Shown: in pieces, positions 24,430 to 39,031 of the stretch | Layout of the letters: the number at the start of each line of letters is the position of its first letter | Position numbering within the stretch: the first letter of the stretch is position 1 | NCBI RefSeq assembly: GCF_018350175.1 | Contig: NC_058373.1 | Span: 99,884,001 to 99,948,000 of the forward strand | Origin: Felis catus | Lineage: Eukaryota | Direction: 5' to 3' | Length of the DNA stretch: 64,000 nucleotides | Notes under the pieces: model-generated | Seen by the model: only the letters and a program-made list of their open reading frames with translations | What the model was told of the DNA's origin: nothing | Database searches by the model: none | Program-made: the position numbers and the translations under genes

Positions 24430-24835
24430 CTGGAAGGAAGATACAACCAAAGGTTAATAATAACATCATCATACAGATACACTATAAAATATATTATTTT
24501 GAAAAATATATGTGTAAGAGTAAAGGCTTTATCAGTTTTTACTTATCTAAACAAAACTAGATTTTGTCATTGTCTAAGAAACTTGATACATCTGTCATTA
24601 CTAGCCATTTTCATTTTTTATATTATATTTGCAAACTATTCTATTCTAAATAAAAGTTAGTATTAATAGAAAAAAATAAGGTCCAGAATCTCCCTGCTAG
24701 TTAACCCTTGTTGAGTTTAAAAAAAAAAAAAAAAAAAATAGCCATGTGGTAATGAGATTACATACAGATACAAGTTAAAATGAAAAAGCCTCCTGTTTCC
24801 CACCTTACCCAACTTTATCCCAAAAAACTGAAAAA

Positions 24836-27800
24836 TTTTTTAAATTACAGTATAAATAACATAGTGTTTTATTAGTTTCAGGTATACAATATAGTGATTC
24901 ATCAATTCTACACATTACTCTCTGCTCATCTTGCTAAGTGTACTCTTAATCCCTTTACCTAGTTCACCCATCCCTCCACCCACCTTCCCTCTGGTAATCA
25001 TCAGTTTGTTCTCTGTAATTAAGAGTCTGATTTTTGGTTTGTCTCTTTTTTTCTTCAATTTGTTTCGTTTTTTAAATTCCATATATGAGTGAAGCCATAT
25101 GGTATTTGTTTTTCTCTGACTTATTTCATTTAGCATTATAACTTCTAGGTCCATCCATGCTGTTGCAAATGGCAAGACTTATTTCTTTATGGCTGAGTAA
25201 TATTCCATTGTGTATATATATACCACATCCTCAATTATCCATTTATCTATCAATAAACAGCTTGCTTCCATAGTTTGGCTGTTGTAAATAATGCTGCAAT
25301 AAACATAAATGCTGCATATATCTTTTTGAATTAGCATTTTCATATTTCATGGGTAAATACCCTATAGCGGAATTACTGAATCATACGGTCTTCTATTTTT
25401 TTTTTAATTTTTTGGAGACCCTCCATGCTGTTTTCCAAAGGGGATGCTCCAGTTTGTAATCCCCCAACAATGCATGAGGGTTCCTTATTCTCTGCATCCT
25501 CATCAATACTTGTTGTTTCTTGTGTTTTTTATTTTAGCCATCCTGACAGGTGTGAGGTGATATTTCATTATGGTTTTGATTTGCATTTCTCTGATGATTA
25601 GTGATGTTGAGCATCTTTTCATGGGTTTGTTGACCATCTGGATGTCTTCTTTGGAGAACTATCTGTTCATGTCTTCTGCCCATATTTTAATTGCATTATT
25701 TGGTTTTTTGGTGCTGAGTTGCATAAGTTCTTTATATTTTTTGGATATTAACCCTTTCTCAGACATGTCATTTGTGAATGTCTTCTCCCATTCAGTAGAC
25801 TGTCTTTTAGTTTTGTTGATTGTTTCCTATGCTATGCAGAAGCTTTTTATTTTGGTGGGTCCCCATAGTTTATTTTTGCTTTTGTTTCCCTTGCCCTAGG
25901 AGACATTATTAGAAAAATGTTGCTATGGGTAATGTCAAAGAGGTTATTCCCTTTGCTCTCTTCTAGAATTTTTATGGTTTCAGGCATCACATTTAAGTCC
26001 TAATCCATTTCGAGTTTATTTTTGTGTGTGGTGTGAGAAAGTAGTCCAGTTTCATTCTTTTGCATGTAGCTGTCCAGTTTCCCAACACCATTGTTGAAGA
26101 GACTATCGTTTTCTCATTACATATTCTCACCTCCTTTGTCAAAGATTAATTGACCACATGATTGCAGGTTTATTTTTGGGCTATCTATTCTGTTTCATTG
26201 ATCTGTGTGTCTATTTTTATGCCAGTACCATACTGTTGTAGTTACCACAGCTTTGTAGTACATCTTGAAATCTGGGATTGTGATACCTCCAATTTTATTC
26301 TTTCACGAGATTGCTTTAGCTGTTTCAGGGTCTTTTTTTCTGGTTCCATACACATTTTAGGGCTGTTCTAGTTCTGTGAAAAATGACATTGCTATTTGGT
26401 TTGGGATTACATTAAAATCTGAAGATTGCTTTGGGTAGTATGGACATTTTAACAATACTAATTCTTCTAACCCACAAGCATGGCACATCTTCCCATTTGT
26501 TTATGTTGTCTTTTTTCATCAATGTTTTATAGTTTTCATAGCATAGTTCTTTTACCTCCTTGGTTAAGTTTACTTCTAGGTATTTTATTATTTTTGGTGA
26601 AATTTTAAACGGGATTGTTTTCTTACTATCTCTTTCTACTACTTCATTGTTACTGTACAGAAATGCAATGGATTTCAATATATTGACTTTGTATCTTGCA
26701 ACCTTATGGAATTCATTGATCAGTTTTTTAACGGAGTCTTTAGGGTTTTCTACATATAGGATCATGTCATCTACAAATAGTGACAGATTTACTTCTTCCT
26801 TAGCAATATGGATGCCTTTTATTTCTTTTTGTCTCATTGCTGTGGTTAGGACTTCTAGTACCATGCTGAATAAAAGAGGTGACAGTGGACATCCTTTCTT
26901 TTTCCTACTCTTAGAGGAAAAGCTCTCAGTTTTTCACTGAGTTCAATGATGTTAACTGTAGGTTTTTCATATACAGACTTTATTATGTTGAGGTATGTTC
27001 CCTGTAAACTTACTTTGTTGAGACTTTTTATCATGAATGCATGTTAAGATTTGTGAAATTTTTTTTTTTTTTTGCATCTACTGAAGTGATCATATGGTTT
27101 TTATCCTTGGTCTTGTTGATGTGATGCATCACACTGATGATAATTTGTGGATATTGAACCATCCTTGATCCCAGGAATAAATCCCACTTGATCACGGTGA
27201 ATAATTTTCTTAATGTATTTTTGAATTCTGTTTGCTAATATTTTGTTGAGGATTTTTGTATCTATGTTCATCAGAGCTTTGGCCTATAGTTCCTTTTTGT
27301 AGGGTCTTTATCTGATTTTGATATCGTGGTAATGCTGGCCTCCTAGAATGAATTTGAAAGCTTTCCTTACTCTTCCATTTTTTGGAATATTTTGAGAACA
27401 AGGTATTAACTTCCTTAAATGTTTGGTAGAATTCACCTGTGTAGCCATCTGGTCCTGGATTTTTGTTTGTTGGGAGTCTTTGATTATTGACTCATTTTCA
27501 TTGCTGATAATCAGTCTGTTCAATTTTTCTGTTTCTCCCTGATTCAGTTCTGGGAGGTTCTAGGTATGTAGGAATTTGTCTATTTCTTCTAAGTTGTCCA
27601 ATTTGATAGCATATGATTTTTCATAATATTCTCTTATAATCTTTTGTATTTCTGTGGTGTTGATTGTTATTTTGCCTCTATCATTTCTGATTTTATGTGT
27701 TTGAGTCCTCTCACTTTTTTTTTCCTCCCATGATCTGGCTAAACGTTTATCAATTTTGTTGATCTTTTCAAAGAACTAGCTCCTGGTTTTACTGATTTTT

Positions 27801-30800
27801 TTTTTTTTTTTTAGCTTTTTTGTACTTTATATGGGCTCTGATCTTTATTATTTCCTTCCTTCTACTGGTTTTGGGTTTTGTTTGTTCTTTTTCTAGTTTC
27901 TTTAGGTGAAAGATTAGTTTGAGATTTTTCTTGCTTTTGAGGTGGGCCTGTATTGCTCTAAACTTCCCTTTTAGAACAACTTTTGCTGCATCCCAAAGAT
28001 TCTGGACCATTATGTTTTCATTTTCGTTGTCTGTCTATATTTATTTCCATTCTCTCTGTATTTATTTCCTTTTTCATTTCTTGGTTGGCCCATTCATTGT
28101 TTAATAGCATGTTACTTAACCTCCAGGTAGTTGTCTTCTTCCATATTTTTTCTTGTAACTGACTTCTAGTTTCATAGAGTTTTGGTCAGAATAGACAGAA
28201 TAGACACACATATTGAGACTTGTTGTGTGGCCTAATATGTGCTCTATTCTGGAGAATGTTTCATGTGCACTTGAAGAGAATGTGAATTCTGCTGTTTTAG
28301 GATAGAATGTTCTGAATATCTGTTAGATCCATCTGGTCCAATGTGTCATCCAAAGCCAATGTTTCCTTGTTGATTTTCTGTTTGGGTGATCTATCCATTG
28401 ATGTAAGTGAGGTGTTAAAGTTCCCATTATTTTATTACTCTCAATTACTTCCTTTATGTTTGTTACTAGCTGCTTTATGTATTTGGGTGCTCCCATGTTG
28501 ATGTATGAATATTTATCATTGTTTATATCTTCTTGGATTGTTTTTTTTTTATGAATATATAGTTTCCTTTTTTTGGTCTGTTGTTATAATCTGTTTTAAA
28601 GTCTATTTTGTATTATATGCCTATTGCTACCCTGGCTTTCTTTTCACTTCCATTTGCATGATAAATGCTTTTCTGTCAGTTCACTTTCAATCTCCATGTG
28701 TCTTTAGGTTTGAAATGAGTCTCTTATAGGTAGCATATAGATGGGTCTTGCTTTTTTTAATCCATTCCCTCACTCTTTCTTTTTGAATGTAGCATTTAGT
28801 CCATTTACATTCAAGGTAATTATTCAAAGGTTGCATTTATTGCCATTTGATACTTGTTTTATGGTTGTTTTAGTAGTTCTTTGTTCCTTTATTCTCTTGC
28901 TTTATTCTCTCATGATTTACTGGGTTTCTTTAGTGATATACTTGGATTCCCTTCTCTCTCTGTCTCTGTCTCTCTTTTTTTGCATATCTATTACTAGTTT
29001 TTGACTTGTTGTTACCATTAGATATATATATATGTAACATCTTATGCATATAGTAGTCTATATTAAGTCTATATTTAGTTTGAACCCATCCTTTACTCTT
29101 CCCCACCCATGTTTTAAGTATATGATGTCATACTTCACATCCTTTTATTTTGTGAATCTCCTGATTTTTACATATAAACTTAATTTTACTGCTCTTGTGC
29201 TTCCTACTTTTCTTACTCCTGCTCATGGGCTTTCCTTTCCACCCAAAGAGTCCTGTTTAATATTTTTCATAGGGCTATTTTAATGGTCACGAATTCTTTT
29301 AACTTTTGTCTGGGAAACTCTCCTTCTAGTCTAAAAATATTTTTTAACGTTTTTATTCATTTTTTGAGAGCCAGAAAGAGACGGTGAGTGGAGAAGGGGC
29401 AGAGAGAGAGGGAGACAGAATCTGAAGTAGGCTCTAGGCTCTGAGCTCTCAGCACAGAGCCGGAGGTGGAACTCGAACCCACAAACTGTGAGATCATGAC
29501 CCAAGCTGAAGTCGGATGCTTAACTGACTGAGCCACCCAGGCACCCCCTCTCATTCTACTCTAAATGACAGCTTCACTAGATATTCTTGGCACCAGATAT
29601 TTTCCTTTCAGCACTTTGAATATATCATGCCACTCTCTTGCAGCCTGCAAAATTCCTGCTGAAAAATCTGACAGCCTTATGGGATTTCCCTTGTAGTAAC
29701 TGTTTTCTTTTCTCTTGCTGCTTTTAAAATTCTCAACCAGTACTTTTTGCCATTTTAATTACGTGTCTTGGTGCAGACTTCCTTAGGTTGATTTTGTTGG
29801 GGGCTCTCTGTGCCTCCTGGATCTAGATTTGTTTCTTTTCCCAGGTTTGGGAAGTTTTCAGCTGTTATTTCTTCACATAAATTTTCTGCCTGCTTTTCTC
29901 TCTCTTCTCTTTCTGAGATCCCTATAATGCAAATGTTATTACACTTGATGGTGTCACTGAGTTCCTTATGTCTATTTTCATTTTTCATTATTTTTTCTTT
30001 CAGCTTAATTGCTTTCCTCCAAGTTGCCAATCCATTCTTCTGCTTCTTCTAGTCTTCTGTTTATTCCATCTAGTGTATTTTTACTTTGCTATTGAGTTAA
30101 TCTCTGATTCTTTTTTGTTTTATAGATCTTTGTTAAAGGTCTCACTGAGGTCCTCCACTCTTTTCTCAAGTCTAGCAAGTATCTTTATGACCATTACTTT
30201 AAATTCTCTGTGAGGCATATGACTTATTTCCATTTTGTTTAGCTCTCTTGCTGTGATTTTTGTTCTGTTCTTTCATTTGGGACATATTCTTCTGTCTCAT
30301 TTTTTCAAACTCTGTTTCATTGTATTAGGAAAGTCAGGTATGTCTCCTGCTTTTGAAAATAGTGGCCTTGTGAAGAAGAGGTACTGTAGTGCCCTGGATT
30401 CCAGGGTCCCCTGTTCACCAGAACCTGGTGCTTCATGAATGTTGTTGTTGTGCCTGACTATTGTAGTTGAGCCACTTTTGCTTCAGTGCAGTTGTCTGCA
30501 ATGACTCTGCCTGCTGTGGACAAGGCAATCCCTGTGTTGTTAGTGGGCCAGTCTGGGGCCACCTTGGGCTTCAGCTGAGCCAGAACAGGTATTTGCCAGA
30601 GATGCAGTAGCACAGGGCACTTTCCCTGTGTTGTCCACTGAGGAGCTTCTGTTGGTGGGTGGGGCCTGCAGTCTGACCAACTGGTTTCCCCCAGCCCACT
30701 GCTGGGGCTGCATTTGGACTGGTGTTTGTGGTTATCTTCTTTTCTCTCCAAGACCAGCTGGACCACTTTGAAGTGGTGCTGGTCCCTGTCACAGCTGCTG

Positions 30801-31587
30801 GTACACTGCCATGCTTGTGGCACCACTTTGGATAGGCTCCAGCCAAAGGCATATTGGAGGGGCATGTCCACTGGAGAATGCAAAGGAGGATTAGTAAGTT
30901 AGGTGGAGAGTGTTGGCACTGAGCTGTTTCCCCCAGGTGTCATGTATCTAGGCTGGGGGGCGGCAGGGGAGGGAAGTGGTGCCTGCCAGCTCCTTTTGCT
31001 TCCTAGAGAAGTCTCCTAGAGATCCCTGCCACCCCCAGCACACACTGCGATTAGTAAATAAATCTCCTTCTGATATACCCCAAGTGTTTTTCAAACTGCT
31101 TCTTATATTCTGTATCTCTGTTTGGCTGTTTATTATGCTCTTTAAGGGTGGGGACTCCACCCTCCAAGTTCTCCCAGAGAACCCACTAAATTTTAACATT
31201 CTAAGTGTTAAGCCCTGCTGGTTCTAAGAACTTATAAAATTAGGCTTCTCTGGTTTTCAAAGCCAAAATGTGGGGGTTTGTCTTCCCCGTGTGGGTTTCC
31301 CATGACTGTAGTGTTTTGTGTGAGGGTCTGTTTCTCTTTCCTCTGTGAGCCTGCAGGGTCTCTCTCTCCTGAGGATGGTCTTGTGGGTCTCTTTAGCTCC
31401 CCACCATGTCTCTGCCCTTTATACCTTCTTTGCCGCCCCTTGTCTACAATTAGCTGTGAAGAGTCTATTCTGACAGTTTTTGAGTCATTTTCTGGGTTTT
31501 TACATTGATGTGGCTGTTATCTAGTTGTATCCATGGGATGAGGTAAATTTAGGATCTTCTTCTTGTCATTTTCCCAAGAAGTTCCCC
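24836..31587 (-). mobile_element. near full-length decayed carnivore L1 (5' UTR, ORF1, ORF2, 3' UTR), sense to TXNDC16
   Basis: ORF2 pieces (26412..26864 with [11 protein letters not shown]; 27789..28010 with QNLWDAAK) and an ORF1 piece (29755..30030). GC-richer 5' UTR to about 31587. Many stops and frameshifts. Confidence 0.93.
29335..29547 (-). mobile_element. Can-SINE nested in L1
   Basis: TSD ctctc(c/a)ttcta(g/c)tctaaa. Confidence 0.94.
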
Positions 31588-31697
31588 TGCAACTATTTCT
31601 TAGGAATCATTACAGAAAAATTTTTTTGGAACAAACACATTTATTGTTTAGACAAGTATTCCTTTACATTTTAAAGCATTTCATTTTTGAAACTTTT

Positions 31698-33233
31698 TTT
31701 TCTTAAATTTCAGTGTATTTGACACACACAGTTACATTACATTCAGGTGTGTAACATATTGATTCAATAAATTTTTATGTTATGCTACACTCACCATAAG
31801 TGTAGTTACCATCTCTCACCACGTAATTCCATTAAAATAGCATTGACTATATTCCCTATGCTATACCTTTCCATCCCCATGACTTATTCATTCCATAGCT
31901 GGAAGCCTGTATCTCCCACTTACCTTCACCTGTTTTTTCCCATCCCTCCTTTACCCTTCCTCTCAGGCAACCATCAGTTTGTTCTCTGTAGTTATATGTC
32001 TAGGCTTTTTCCTTGTTCATTAGTTTTGTTCTTCAGATTCCACATAGAAGTGGAATCATATGGTACTTGTCTTTCTCTGACTTATTTCCCTTAGTGCAAT
32101 ACCCTTTAAGTCCATCCATGTTGGTGAGCATGTGGAAAAAAAAGAACCCTTGTGGAGTATTGGTGGGAATGTAAACTGGTTCAGCCAATGTGGAAAACAT
32201 TGGAAAACATCTCAAAAAATTTAAATGGATGGCACAAGAACAGACACTCAGATCAATGGAACAGAAGAGAACCTAGAAACGGACCCACAAATGTATGGCC
32301 AACTAATCTTTTACAAAGCAGGAAAGAATATCCAATGGAATAAAGACAGTGGTGCTGGGAAAACTGGACAGCAACATGCAAAAGAACGAACCTGGACAAC
32401 TTTCTTACACCATACACAAAAATAAACTCAAAATGGATGAAAGACCTCAATGTAAGACAGGAAGCCATCAAAATCCTTGAGGAGAAAGCAGGCAAAAACC
32501 TCTTTGATCTCGGCTGCAGCAACTTTTTACTCAATACGTCTCCGGAGGCAAGGGAAACAAAAGCAAAAATGAACTACTGGGACCTCATCAAAATAAAAAA
32601 ACTTCTGCTTTTTATTAAAAGCGAAGGAAACAATCAGCAAAACTAAAAGGCAACCGACAGAATGGGAGAAGCTATTTGCAAATGACATTTCAGATAAAGG
32701 GTTAGTATCCAGAATCTATAAAGAACTTATCAAACTCAACACCCCAAAAACAAATAATCCAGTGAAGAAATGGGCAAAAGACATGAACAGACACTTCTCC
32801 AAGGAAAACATCCAGATAGCCAACCAACACATGAAAAAATGCTCCACATCACTCATCATCAGGGAAATACAAATGAAAACCACAAGGAGATACCACCTTA
32901 CACCTGTCAGAATGGCTCACATGAACAACTCAGGCAACAAGAGATGTTGGTGAGGATGTGGAGAGAGGATCTCTTCTGTATTGTTGGTGGGAATGCAAGC
33001 TGGTGCAGCCACTCTGGAAAACAGTATGGAGGTTCCTCAAAAAACTAAAAATAGAACTACCCTACGACCCAGCAATTGCACTACTAGGCATTTATCCATG
33101 GGATACAGGTGTGCCGTTTCAAAGGGACACATGCACCCCCATGTTTATAGCAGCACTATCAACAATAGCCAAAGTATGGAAAGAGCCCAAATGTCCATCG
33201 ATGGACAAATGGATAAAGAAAATGTGGTGTGTG

Positions 33234-33279
<46 letters not shown>

Positions 33280-33815
33280 ATGGAGTATTACTCGGCAATC
33301 AAAAAGAATGAAATCTTGCCATTTGCAACTATGTGGATGGAACTCGAGGGTATTATACTAAGTGAAATTAGTCAGAGAAAGACAAAAATCATATGACTTC
33401 ACTCATATGAGGACTTTAAGAGACATAAACAGATGAACATAAGGGAAGGGAAACAAAAATAATATAAAAACAGGGAGGGGGACACAACAGAAGAGACTCA
33501 TAAATATGGAGAACAAACGGAGGGTTACTGGAGGGGTTGTGGGAGGGGGGATGGGCTAAATGGGTAAGGGGTATTAAGGAATCTACTCCTGAAATCATTG
33601 TTTCTCTATATGCTAATTTGGACATAAATTTTAAAAAATAAAAAAAATAAAGAATAAAAAAAATAAAAAAAATAAAAATGCAAATACCATATGATCCAAT
33701 AATTCTGGTACTAGTATTTACACTAATTTGAAAAGATACATGCACCCTGTGTTTATTGCAGCATTATTTACAATAGTGAAGATATGGATGCAACCCAAGT
33801 ATCCATCTATAGATG
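31698..33815 (-). mobile_element. 5'-inverted (twin-primed) older L1, with a younger L1 nested in the inverted arm
   Basis: Minus-strand 3' end at 31698-32123. Plus-strand ORF2 tail at 32119-32227 resumes at 33668-33815. TSD tttttgaa(a/g)ctttt at 31684-31697 and 33816-33829. Confidence 0.85.
32228..33667 (+). mobile_element. 5'-truncated felid L1
   Basis: ORF2 C-terminal ORFs ([25 protein letters not shown]), 3' UTR and A-rich tail. TSD aaaaat(tt/aa)aaatg. (CA)n at about 33237-33273. Confidence 0.93.
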
Positions 33816-34938
33816 TTTTTGAAGCTTTTGATTTAGTTTCCATACACTTTATGAAAACAAGTTCATTTTATAAAAATAACTATAGACAGGAATACTTAAA
33901 AATTGTGATAGAATCAATTGTACTATAAAGAGACAGTGATTGGATAGTGTCTTAGATAGGTTTCATGGTAGTGAATTTGAACATTATTTTAAAACATTGC
34001 TCAGAAGAGAAAAACTGATTTAATCTGATAACATATAAGTAAATTCGGTAACTCTTCTCCATTTAGTAGACGTACTTTACCATAAAAAAATTAGAGTGTA
34101 GTTACCCATTTAAAATAATATTTTGAGAAATAAAATAAGGAAATGTGCAAGTAAACCTTTAAAAAATAAATTCCAGTGAAAGAATCTCTATACTATTAAC
34201 ATGAAAAAAAATAATGTTGATAAAATACAAACTTGAACATGTCTGATAAATGAAATAAATACCTTTAAAAGCTTAGGAAATTCATATAAATTTAAATTTC
34301 CAGAGGCGGATTAAAAGCTCCAAGAAAAATTTGCATAAATACATATGCAGTTTATCTATACTTGATATATAATTTCCTCATGCAGATTCAATTATATGAA
34401 ATCCTAGTACATGATATATAGGCAGGTTATTAAATTTAGGCTACACCTGTAGTTGATATTTAAAATTACTGTTGTGAGGTTAGCAGATTCAAAAGTGACC
34501 AATATTTAAAATATTTTCTTCAATATAAGGAATAGGTAAGAGGTAAGAATGTTTGTTGTTTGCAAAATGCAGATAAAGTATGTTTATTAAAGACATTAAG
34601 TTATCTTTAAGGAAAGTCCAACTTGAAACATAACAAATACTTAGCATATTTATTTCTAGGTAAGGTAAACACTGCAGCCTAGTGGTCTGACATGATGGCA
34701 AAATGCCTGTAGTAGGCATTTCAATTCTGCTACTTATTTGCTAAGAAAACTCTACAAAGGTCCCAATGTTTTCAATTCCAAGTAAAACTGTACTCTCATC
34801 ATGTATGAATAATAAATGCTTTATCAAGTTAGTAATGATAATAATAGTTAACGTTTATTGAGCCTTTACTGTGTGCCCAACATTATTCTTTTAATCTTTA
34901 CAATACTGTGAAGTAAGTATAATTTTTATCCCAATTTT

Positions 34939-35158
34939 TTTTTTAATTTTTTTTTTCAACGTTTATTTATTTTTGGGACAGAGAGAGACAGAGCATGAAC
35001 GGGGGAGGGGCAGAGAGAGAGGGAGACACAGAATCGGAAACAGGCTCCAGGCTCTGAGCCATCAGCCCAGAGCCTGACGCGGGGCTCGAACTCACGGACC
35101 GTGAGATTGTGACCTGGCTGAAGTCGGACGCTTAACCGACTGCGCCACCAGGCGCCCC
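34939..35158 (-). mobile_element. young felid SINE (SINEC_Fc) inserted in a MIR
   Basis: CpG-rich and near-identical to the copy at 61213-61443. TSD tatcccaatttt. Confidence 0.97.
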
Positions 35159-37069
35159 TATCCCAATTTTATAGATGAGAAAATCAAGACCTAAAAAGGC
35201 CAACGAACTTGAAGAAGGTTAAAGGGAAATCTCAAATAAGAACAGCAAGTTGTCACAATTTTACAGAGATTAAGATGTGCAACAAGCATAGTAAAGCAGA
35301 CACACGTGGCATTGCATTACAGATTCAGGCTTTTCTGGGAGTAGCTACAACACCCCAATCCCAGATCTGTCTCTCAAAGAGTGACAACAGCAGGTCCTGT
35401 TAGCACAGAAGACAAGACCCAATACACCAAAGTACTACTCAGTTTGCTTCTTTCCTGCTGCAGAGGCTGCAGGAATAATTTAAGAATAGGAACACTGATA
35501 TAAAGAAATAATGGAAATCAAAGAGTGACTTGGCAAAGGCATTAACAAAATTACAATGGAAGATACACCAGTCTCAGGAAACTAAAAAGAAAATAATTCT
35601 GGTTCTTTCCTCTTGGTAATTTTGAGTTGAGGAATCAAAGCCCTACTGACGTTCCTTGAATGAAAGGATCTCTATAAGAATAATGGTAATACTTCAGATT
35701 TTACACCTTACAAAGTATTTTTATGTACATTACTTGATTTTTAAAATAATTATGTGACATAGAGTAGGAACTATTAATCTCATTTTACAGTTGCAGAGGA
35801 GGAAACAAAGACTTGCCTAGAGCCACACCATTAGTAATCAAGGAGGTTGGATAATGGGCTCAGGTTTCTGTACCTTTGAACATCACCACCTTTTTTACTT
35901 ATTTTTTTAAATTGAAGTACTGTTGACATACAATATTAGTTTCAGGTTACAACAGAATGATTTGACATTTGTATATATTATGAAATGATGAACATACATC
36001 TAATTACCATCTGTCACCATAGAAAATTGGAATATTAACTACATTCCCTATGATGTACTTTTCATCCCCATGACTTATTTTATAACTGAAAGTCTGTACC
36101 TCTTAATGCGCTTTGTGTCTTTTGTCCATTCCTCCTCCAATCCCCTCCCCTCTGAAAACCAGTTCTGTGTCTGTTATGTTTTTTAGATTCTACATATAAG
36201 TGATATCACACAGTATTTGTGTTCCTCTCTCTTATTTCATTTAGCATCACTCTAGGTCCATTCATGTTGTCACAAATGGCAAGATTTCATTCCTTTTTAT
36301 GGATGAGCAATATTCCATTGTGTATAAATATCACAACTTCTTTATCTATGGACACTTGGGTTGCATCCATATCTTTGCTATTGTAAATAATGTAAATAAT
36401 GCTGCAGTAAACATAGGGGTGCACATATCTTTTCAAATTAGTGTTTGCAATTTCTTTGGGTAAATACTCAGAACTGAAATTACTAAATCACATGGTATTT
36501 TATTTTTAATCTCTTGAGGAATCTCTACACTGTTTTCCACAGTGGCTGTACCAATTTACATTCTCACCAACAGTGAACAAGGGTTTGCTTTTTTCCACAT
36601 CCTTGCCAATGCTATTTTTTGTCTTTTTGATACTAGCCATTCTGACTAGTATGAGGTGAGATCTCATTGTGGTTTGGATTTGCATTTCCCTGATGATTAG
36701 TGACGTTGAACGTTTTTTCATGTGTCTGTTGGCCATTTGTATGTCTTATCTGGAAAAATGTCTAATTAGGCCCTCTGCCCATTTTAAATTGGATTATTTG
36801 TTTTCTTGGTGTTGAGATATATGTGTTCATTCATTATATATTTTAGATATTAACTCTTGATCAGATATATCATTTACAATATCATTACAAATATCTTCTC
36901 TCATTCATTAGGTTCCCTTTTCATTTGTTGATAGTTTCTTTTGCTGTGCAAAAGCTTTTTAGGTTGATATTGTTACAACTGTTTATTTTACTTTTGTTTC
37001 CCTTGCCTGGAGAGACATCTAGAAAAATATTGCTAAGGCTGATGTCCAAGAGTTTACTGCCTATGCTTT

Positions 37070-37266
37070 TTTTTTTTTAAGTTTATTTGTTTTTGAGACA
37101 GAGACCATGTGCATGCACTAGCAGGAGAGGGGCAGAGAAGAGAGGGAGACACAGAAACCAAAACAGGTCAGCACAGAGTCTGGTGTGGGGCTCAAACCCA
37201 CAAACCATGAGATTATGACCTGAGCTGAAGTCAGACACTTAACTGACTGAGCCACCCAGATGCCTC
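37070..37266 (-). mobile_element. Can-SINE nested in L1
   Basis: TSD ctgcctatgcttt. Confidence 0.92.
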
Positions 37267-38988
37267 TGCCTATGCTTTCATTTAGGAGTTTTATACATTT
37301 AGGTCTTTAATCCATTTTGAGTTTATTTTTGTGTATGGTATAAGAAAGTGATCCAGTTTCATTCTCTGGTATGTAGCTATCTAGTTTTCCTAACACAATT
37401 TATTGAAGAAACTGTCTTTTTCCCATTGTATATTCTGGCCTCATTTGCTGTAGATTAATTCACCATATAAGAGTGGGTTTATTTTTGGGCTCTGTCTTCT
37501 GTTCCATTGATCCATGTGTCTGTTTTTGTACCAGTACCATTCTGTTTTAATATAGCTTTGTAATGTTGTTTGAAACCTGACATTGTGATATCTCCAGCTT
37601 CGTTTTTCTTTCTCAAGATTGCTTTGGCTGTCTTTTGTGGTTCCATACAGATTTTAGGATTATTTGTTCTAGTTCTGTGAAAATACTATTGGTATTTTGA
37701 TCCGGACTGCATTGAATCTGTAGATTGCTTTGGGTAGTATGGCCATATTAACAGTATTAATTCCTCCAGTCCATGAGCATGGTATATCTTTACATTTGTT
37801 GTCTTCAATTTCTTTCATCAGTGTCTTCAGAGTACAGGTCTTTTACCTCCTTGGTTAAATTTATCCCTACGTATTTTTTTTTTTTTTGGATGCAGATGTA
37901 AATGGATTGTTTGCTTCTCTTTCTGCTAGTTCATAATTAGTATTTAGAAACATAAAAGATTTCTGAATATTAACTTTGTATCCTCCAACTTTATTGAATT
38001 CATTTATCAGTTCTAATCGTTTTTTTTGGTAGAGTTTTTAGGGTTTTCTATATACGGTATCAGGTCATCTGTAAATAATGACAGTTTTACTTCCACTTAT
38101 CAATTTGAATGTCTTTGATTTTTTTTTTTCTTGTCTGATTGCTATAGCTAGGAAAGTGGTGAGAGTGGATGGGCATCTTTTCTTGTTCTTCATCTTAAAG
38201 GAAAAGCTTTCAACTTTTCATCATTGAGTATGATGTTAACTGTGGTTTTGATGTATATGGCTTTTATTATATTGAGGTACATACCCTCTGTACTCATTTT
38301 CTTGAGAGTTCATTTGAACAGATGTTGAATTTTATCAAATGCTTTTTCTGCATCTATTGAGATGATTACATAATTTTTATCTTTCATTTTTCTAATGTGG
38401 CATAGCCTGTTGATTGATTTGCAGATACTGAACCATCCTTGCATCCCTGAAATAAATCCCATTTGACTATGCTGAATGATGCTTTCAATATATTTTAAAT
38501 TCATTTTGCTAATATTTTGTTACAGATTTTTTCATCTATATTCATCAGGGATGTTGGTCTGTAATTTTCTTTCTTTCTTTCTTTTTTTTTTTTTCTTGTA
38601 GCATCTATGTCTGGTTTTGGTATTAGGGTAATGCTGGGCTTATAGAATAAATGTGGAAGAATTCTTTCCTCTTGGACTTTTGGGATACTTTGAAGGATAG
38701 ATATTAATTCTTTATTTTTGGTAGAATTCACCTGTGAAACCATCTGGTCTAGAACTTTTGTTTGTTGGAAGTTTTTTTTATTACTGATTCAATGTTGGTG
38801 GAAGTAATCGGTCTGTTTAAACTTACTATTTTTTCCTGGTTTGGTCATGGAAGTTTGTAAATTTCTAGGAATTTATCCATTTCCTCTAGGTTGTCAAATT
38901 ATTTAGCATATAATTTTTCATGGTAGTCCCTTATAATCCTTTGTATTTCTGTGGTGTTATAACTTCTCTTTCATCCTGAGGGTATTTG

Positions 38989-39031
<43 letters not shown>

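Noticed and set aside
30458..31508. GC-richer ORF cluster as a host gene or promoter
   Set aside because: It lies in the 5' UTR of the minus-strand L1, directly upstream of its ORF1 remnant. The same applies to 46189-47129 for the plus-strand L1.
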